Source: an uncultured archaeon
Lineage (GTDB): Archaea > Aenigmatarchaeota > Aenigmatarchaeia > CG10238-14
Reading direction: 5' to 3'
Assembly: GCA_964392445.1 (NCBI GenBank)
Contig: CAYMPD010000004.1
Span: 3,728 to 67,727 of the forward strand
DNA length: 64,000 nt
The notes under the pieces are model-generated. The model worked only from the letters and a program-made list of their open reading frames with translations, did no database searches and was not told the origin of the DNA. Of the stretch, positions 59,010 to 64,000 are shown piece after piece. The position numbers and the translations under genes were made by a program. Every line of letters begins with the position of its first letter. Within the stretch, counting starts at the first letter, position 1.

Positions 59010-59189
59010 AGAAATCCCCCCAAAAAGCTAGAACTAGGAAAAAACTCAAACCAGATTAAAACATTCACCGTGCATTATTGGCACCTTAGGTAAAATATAG
59101 TGAAGTAGTATTTATAAATATGTTTATTTAAAAAAACACATTAAAAGCCTTTAAAAATGATTTTTATTGGTCTTTTGATGGTGAATTGA

Positions 59190-59798
59190 TTGGTATATAG
59201 AGTAAGAAAAGCTGAAATGAGTGACTTAGACGCAATTTTATCTCTAGAAAGAAGAAATTTCGAACCTCTTACTCAGGCTTCTGATAAAACAGTTAGAGAA
59301 AGATTTGAGAGTTACCAAGAAGGTTTTTTTATTGCGGAAATTGATTCTAATCCTGTTGGTTATATATTTGTTGCACCTTATCGTCATATTTGGGAAGATA
59401 GAGAAGAGATAAATTCTCATGAAGATTTAATACTTCCAACTCGGTATATAGATGGTGAATCAAAGATTATTCAATTTGTTTCAATTGCAGTTCTGAACAA
59501 ACATAGAGTGACCAATTTAAGTCAAAATGGATACATAGGAGAATCACCTTCACAACTTTTATTGACTAGTGCCGTAGAACATGCGATGGAGAGAGGAGCC
59601 GATCAAATATATGTTCTTGCTGTTACACCACAGGGAAATAACATTTTAAAAAATAGTGGTTTTAAGTTATATGAAGAATTTGATATAGATGATGAAGAAA
59701 TAAGATTATGGGGTTATGATTTAAGAGAAGATGGAGAATCTTTAAAGAGAGGAATTGAAGATTATTATGAAAGAAAACTATCTCCTCAACTCGTTTAA
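59190..59798 (+). CDS. GNAT family N-acetyltransferase
   Basis: RKAEMSDL, FFIAE..GYI, SIAV motif pattern. Confidence 0.75.
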   Translation: MVYRVRKAEMSDLDAILSLERRNFEPLTQASDKTVRERFESYQEGFFIAEIDSNPVGYIFVAPYRHIWEDREEINSHEDLILPTRYIDGESKIIQFVSIAVLNKHRVTNLSQNGYIGESPSQLLLTSAVEHAMERGADQIYVLAVTPQGNNILKNSGFKLYEEFDIDDEEIRLWGYDLREDGESLKRGIEDYYERKLSPQLV

Positions 59799-60206
59799 GA
59801 CAACGTGAGTACTGGTCTTCTCAATACCTTCCATTTGGAATAAGTTATTTATAAAGTTTGACAACTCTTCTCTATTTTTAAATCTAGTGACTATTATCAT
59901 ATCCTTATCTCCAGTGATTCCGTATATGGCAAAAACATTTTTGAATTTGATTAGTTTATTAGCGATTTCAAATTGCTTTTCCCGGTGAGCAACTATTTCT
60001 ATTATAGCTGGCAAATCATAACCTATCTTCTCATAATTTAAAATGGCTTTATAGTCCCTGATAATACCATCTGATTCAAGTTTTTTAATTCTTTCATAAG
60101 TGGAGCTTATTGACAAACCGATTTTTTTTGCTATTTTTTTAAGCTTTTGTTTACAGTTTTTTTCTAACTCCTCTAATATTTCAAGATTTTTTTCATCTAA
60201 ATCCAT
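59778..60206 (-). CDS. Lrp/AsnC transcriptional regulator
   Basis: LDEKNLEIL...RIKKLESDGIIRDY; ITGDKD. Confidence 0.92.
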   Translation of the reverse strand: MDLDEKNLEILEELEKNCKQKLKKIAKKIGLSISSTYERIKKLESDGIIRDYKAILNYEKIGYDLPAIIEIVAHREKQFEIANKLIKFKNVFAIYGITGDKDMIIVTRFKNREELSNFINNLFQMEGIEKTSTHVVLNELRR

Positions 60207-60545
60207 ACAATCGCCGAAATCTTTTCATAATTTAATAAGAATATATTTAAGCATTTCGTTAAATATTCGTTAAAATGATCTATAAGTTTTATATTGTGAC
60301 TTTTTCTATATTAGAGCAAGATTAGCTATGCAACCATTAACGTCCAAGGAACGAATCCAAAAAACTTATTTTAAGCGATGGCTCTGTGTAGTCGATATTA
60401 CAAAGATCATCATGATTAATTGCTGCTAATCGGGGATGATTCCTTGATTTTCTTTTTCTGGATGACCTAAAAACTAGCGATAAAGTATTCGAAAAAAATT
60501 CTGGTTTTTTGTGCTTTTTTAATTTCAAAAAAATAAAATGGGGGA

Positions 60546-60755
60546 ATGAAAAAAATGTTAACATTTTGCGAAAAATGCGGAAATGTGATGGTGTTAAAAG
60601 AAAAAGAAGGAAGAAGTATTGGACACTATCAGTGTAGAACATGTGGACTTGTAAAGAAAATGAAGCTGAATAGAATAGAATTAAAAGAAAAAATAATCCA
60701 AGAACCACAGGCAACATTAGTTCCAGAAAGACTCAAATTTCCATTGAAATTTTAG
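60546..60755 (+). CDS. RpoM/TFS-like N-terminal zinc-ribbon protein
   Basis: FCEKCGNVM...YQCRTCG; lacks the C-terminal TFS ribbon. Confidence 0.65.
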   Translation: MKKMLTFCEKCGNVMVLKEKEGRSIGHYQCRTCGLVKKMKLNRIELKEKIIQEPQATLVPERLKFPLKF

Positions 60756-61306
60756 TATTCAATCCCTTTTCGGGCAGAAATGTCTTTTTCAGTAGGGCGC
60801 TTTATTTCCCTCACTTCGGTTGCGAAATCTGCTCGATTAATTAATTTTTTAGGGGCATATCTACCAGTAAGATAAACAGTAGTTTCAGGAGGGACTTGAT
60901 CCAGGAATTCAATGACTTCTTTTACATCAAGTAATCCTTTGTAGTTTTTTCCTTCAATAGACTTAGGGCCGGTGATTAGATTTATTTCATCTAAAATTAG
61001 TAAAAAGGGCTTTTCCTCCAGTTTTTTTCTTGCAAATTCAAGTCCTTTTTCAGCTAGTTTGTAATCCTCAGGTTCAGGGTCTTTTGGATCAATGAATTTA
61101 GTCGTTCCAAATTGATAAATTTCATAGTTAGGTTTTAATCTCTCCTGAATTTTATATTCTCCTATATCTTTCCTCCCTTTCAAAAACTGAATTACTACGA
61201 CTTTTTTACCATGACCCACCGATCTTAAAGCAACTCCTAATGCAGAGGTGGTTTTACCTGCACCATGACCTGTCCAGAGATAAACAAGACCTCGTTCTCT
61301 TTTCAT
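60752..61306 (-). CDS. cobO: Cob(I)yrinic acid a,c-diamide adenosyltransferase (CobO/BtuR)
   Basis: TGHGAGKTT, VIQFLKG, ILDEI, LTGR, AD..TE. Confidence 0.9.
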   Translation of the reverse strand: MKRERGLVYLWTGHGAGKTTSALGVALRSVGHGKKVVVIQFLKGRKDIGEYKIQERLKPNYEIYQFGTTKFIDPKDPEPEDYKLAEKGLEFARKKLEEKPFLLILDEINLITGPKSIEGKNYKGLLDVKEVIEFLDQVPPETTVYLTGRYAPKKLINRADFATEVREIKRPTEKDISARKGIEY

Positions 61307-61354
61307 TAAAACTCACTATCAATTAATTATATCTGAATCTATTTTAGAATTACT

Positions 61355-61654
61355 TTATTCCACGCCCAACTTCTTCTTACCTTCTTTACTAATATCATCT
61401 GGAGACCATGCTGGGTCGAACACCAATTCAACTTTAACCCCTTTAACCCCTTCTATCTCTTGAACCGCATCTTGAACCTCACGAGTTATATGTGAGTGCA
61501 TTGGACAGAAAGGATTTGTCAGTGTCATTTTAATCTCTACTTTATCATCTTTTACTTTTACCTCTCGAATAAACCCTAAATCTACGACACTCAAAGGCAT
61601 TTCCGGGTCATAGACCTCCTCCAACCTCTCAATAACATCTTTTTTCTTTACCAT
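61355..61654 (-). CDS. DUF59/SufT-type Fe-S assembly protein
   Basis: VYDPE...VVDLG...TNPFCP...FDPAW. Confidence 0.9.
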   Translation of the reverse strand: MVKKKDVIERLEEVYDPEMPLSVVDLGFIREVKVKDDKVEIKMTLTNPFCPMHSHITREVQDAVQEIEGVKGVKVELVFDPAWSPDDISKEGKKKLGVE

Positions 61655-61687
61655 AATTAATTACCCTTTAAATAAATCTGGAGAATA

Positions 61688-61882
61688 TTATCCCCCACTC
61701 ACACTAATACAACCAACAGGACATACATCAGCTGCTTCCTGATTACAACCTACAGCTTCAACTTCAGTCTCTACAGGATGAGCTTTACCATCATCCCTCA
61801 TTTCCCAATTGTCAGGGCAAATAGAAACACATGCACCACAACCAATACATTCATCATGGTCTTGTTTAACTTTTATTGTCAT
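61688..61882 (-). CDS. Ferredoxin
   Basis: CIGCGACVSICP...AADVCPVGCI. Confidence 0.92.
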   Translation of the reverse strand: MTIKVKQDHDECIGCGACVSICPDNWEMRDDGKAHPVETEVEAVGCNQEAADVCPVGCISVSGG

Positions 61883-61912
61883 TCTTTAACCTCCATCTTT
61901 TTTTACCATTAA

Positions 61913-62302
61913 TTATTTGGTTTTGTTTTTCTTATGTTTTTCCCTGTATTTTTTGATAGCTTCATGTAAAGCATCAGCTGCAAGATTAGAGCAATGCATT
62001 TTTACCGGTGGTAATCCATCTAGTTCATCAGCAACATCCTGTTTTGTTAACTTCATAGCTTCATCAAGTGTTTTCCCTCTTGCAAGCTCTGAAAGCATGG
62101 ATGTAGTTGCAATAGCAGCAGCACAACCCATTGTTTCCCAGCCAATATCAAGAATTTTGTCATTCTTAACTTTGATATAGATATGCATTACATCTCCACA
62201 TACAGGATTACCTTTTTTACCAACAGCATCATATTTCTTGAGTTTACCTTGGTTCTTTGGATTTTTGAAATTTTCAATAACTTTTTCTGTATAGACACTC
62301 AT
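61913..62302 (-). CDS. iscU: IscU/NifU Fe-S scaffold
   Basis: GNPVCGD, GCAAAIA, KMHCSNL. Confidence 0.95.
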   Translation of the reverse strand: MSVYTEKVIENFKNPKNQGKLKKYDAVGKKGNPVCGDVMHIYIKVKNDKILDIGWETMGCAAAIATTSMLSELARGKTLDEAMKLTKQDVADELDGLPPVKMHCSNLAADALHEAIKKYREKHKKNKTK

Positions 62303-62306
62303 ACTA

Positions 62307-63410
62307 TCACCCCTTAATTGGACTCATCTCCCTTAGTTTTCCTACGATTTCTTTTAGTTTTTTCAAAGTTATATTTATTTGCTCATTTGTAACGTACTTA
62401 CTCAACCCCATCCTGATAGAACCATGACTTTGCTCTTCTCCGTATCCCATTGATTCTAACACATGACTTGATCTTAACCCCTTTCCTGCACAAGCACTTC
62501 CAGTTGATAAAATTATTCCTTCCATATCCAGATAAAGAACTATTGCTTCTCCTTCGATAAATTTGAATCCAACTGAAAGGACATACGGTAATGAGTTTTC
62601 CTCCGGTGTGAAAATGGTGGTACGAGGTATTTTTTTTATTTCTTGGATCAATTTCATTTTTTGCTTCATCATTATTTCAGTATTTTTATTATCCCATAAT
62701 TTAACTGCTTCCCCAAACCCGGCTATTCCTGGGATGTCATAAATTCTAGTTCCTTGGATTAGTGGTTTTAGATTAATATCTTTTTTCTTATATAATGCAC
62801 CTACTCCTTTAGGACCATGGATCAGATGAGCAGTAATTGTTAACAGGTCAATATTCATTTTCTCTACATCTATTGGAACTTTTAGGAATGACTGAGAAGC
62901 ATCGACATGTAGTAGCACTTTTTGATCACGACAAATTTCACCTATTTTTTCTATATTTTGAATTGTTCCTACTTCTTGGTTAGCATGTTGGATTGAAATT
63001 AGAACTGTGTCTTTTCGGATGGACTTTTTGAATTGATCCAAATTCACGAAACCTTTGTTATCAACATCCAAGTATGTTATCGGATAACCCTCCTTTTCCA
63101 AGCTTTTACAAGTTTTAAGTATTGATGAATGTTCTATTTTTGTTGTTATTATATGACCTTGTTTTACCCCTCTTAACACTTGATTATTAGTTTCAGATTG
63201 TCCAGATGTGAATGTTATTTCTTCTGGTTTGGAGTTTATTTTCTCTGCAATTATTTTTCGTGTTTTTTCTATGACTTTTCTTGAGGACATCGTGAATGAT
63301 GGAGAATAATCTGATATTGCTACCCCATATTGTTCTATCTGATATTTTTTCATACTTTTAACTACTTTTTCATCCATTTTTGTGGTTGTGGTGTTATCTA
63401 GATATATCAT
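62307..63410 (-). CDS. iscS: IscS-like cysteine desulfurase homologue lacking the PLP lysine
   Basis: YLDN, EHSS, HVDASQ, TAHL-IHGPKG, STGSAC. Confidence 0.85.
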   Translation of the reverse strand: MIYLDNTTTTKMDEKVVKSMKKYQIEQYGVAISDYSPSFTMSSRKVIEKTRKIIAEKINSKPEEITFTSGQSETNNQVLRGVKQGHIITTKIEHSSILKTCKSLEKEGYPITYLDVDNKGFVNLDQFKKSIRKDTVLISIQHANQEVGTIQNIEKIGEICRDQKVLLHVDASQSFLKVPIDVEKMNIDLLTITAHLIHGPKGVGALYKKKDINLKPLIQGTRIYDIPGIAGFGEAVKLWDNKNTEIMMKQKMKLIQEIKKIPRTTIFTPEENSLPYVLSVGFKFIEGEAIVLYLDMEGIILSTGSACAGKGLRSSHVLESMGYGEEQSHGSIRMGLSKYVTNEQINITLKKLKEIVGKLREMSPIKG

Positions 63411-63521
63411 AAGAATTATTATGGTAATTAGTATTTATATAACAGTGTTATAATTAACCATATTTTTAAGTTGGTTTAAAAATATTTTTAAAATTTTTGG
63501 AGACAAACAATTGAATGTAGA

Positions 63522-63800
63522 TTAGACCGAAATTCCAAAATCCTTTATTGCTTCAATAACACAGTCAATAACATAATTATAATCTTCAGGGTCTCTTTTT
63601 CTATACTGATCTACTGTCTCCCCTTCAGGTAACATACCACTTCGATATGCAAACGCTCTACTCCCAAAACTCTGTCTTAATGAGTTTCTCCTATGGATAG
63701 TTGCTCCATTAGGTGGCAATATAGCTAATTTATAATCAAGACTATCAAAAAAAGCTAGAGCTACTCTATCTTTGACTCTAGAAAAAATTCCTTTATACAT
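63522..63800 (-). CDS. Hypothetical protein
   Basis: ORF only. Confidence 0.55.
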   Translation of the reverse strand: MYKGIFSRVKDRVALAFFDSLDYKLAILPPNGATIHRRNSLRQSFGSRAFAYRSGMLPEGETVDQYRKRDPEDYNYVIDCVIEAIKDFGISV

Positions 63801-64000
63801 ATATTTTTAATAAAATAATAATCTAAAATACTTAAGCCAAATAAATTTTTAACCATTCTTTTCAAAAACCCAGCCCCTCATAGTTAAGTAGATACTTCTT
63901 GATGAGGATCTAGGAATAAGTATGATTTTCCTTAAACTTCACAATCAGAACATCCACCAGTCTTACTAATCAACCTACTAATATCATCCTTGGAACTCTT

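Noticed and set aside
60328-60426. 32-codon ORF ending in Cys-Cys as a leader or attenuator peptide
   Set aside because: There is no SD, no evident terminator/antiterminator, and no cysteine-related gene downstream.
363-62180. Numerous ORF-track entries antisense to or nested in real genes (for example 1045, 2038, 6098, 23339, 37452, 40693, 53043, 60337)
   Set aside because: They are shadow frames of AT-rich coding strands or of tRNAs, Ser/Leu/Phe-rich, with no motifs or SD.

Overview
AT-rich archaeal chromosome segment. The gene set (TBP, RpoK/RpoN, aMBF1, PINA ATPase, archaeal ribosomal proteins, tRNAs with bulge-helix-bulge (BHB) introns, GGTGA Shine-Dalgarno (SD) motifs) and the many short orphans suggest a DPANN lineage, possibly Aenigmarchaeota-like; this placement is inference. 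Housekeeping content includes ileS, hisS, tyrS, asnS, gatCAB, rpl18e-rpl13-rps9-rpoN-rpoK, tbp, a DEAD-box helicase, rtcA and an iscS-iscU-ferredoxin-sufT-cobO operon. Nucleotide metabolism is unusually full for such a lineage: purF, guaB, a purine PRTase, prs, and pyrB/D/K/C/E/F next to argF. I found five tRNA genes by eye: His (atypical acceptor stem), Tyr (intron), Arg, and two Asn (introns at 30/31). Accessory material comprises an AbiEi/AbiEii-like pair, an MNT-HEPN pair flanked by a duplication of the rtcA start, an IS200 remnant inside a 2.8 kb segment bounded by direct repeats, and many Arg-rich orphans. No CRISPR array, rRNA or integrase was seen. Four patterns stand out. (1) tRNA -> amino-acid racemase -> cognate synthetase occurs twice (His, Tyr). 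(2) Each of the two tRNA-Asn genes is welded to one of the two Asn-tRNA pathways. (3) Four genes appear to initiate at ATA/ATT/ATC. (4) Several enzymes have substituted catalytic residues (IscS, PurF, P1B-ATPase, one racemase). All calls are by-eye motif recognition without database searches.
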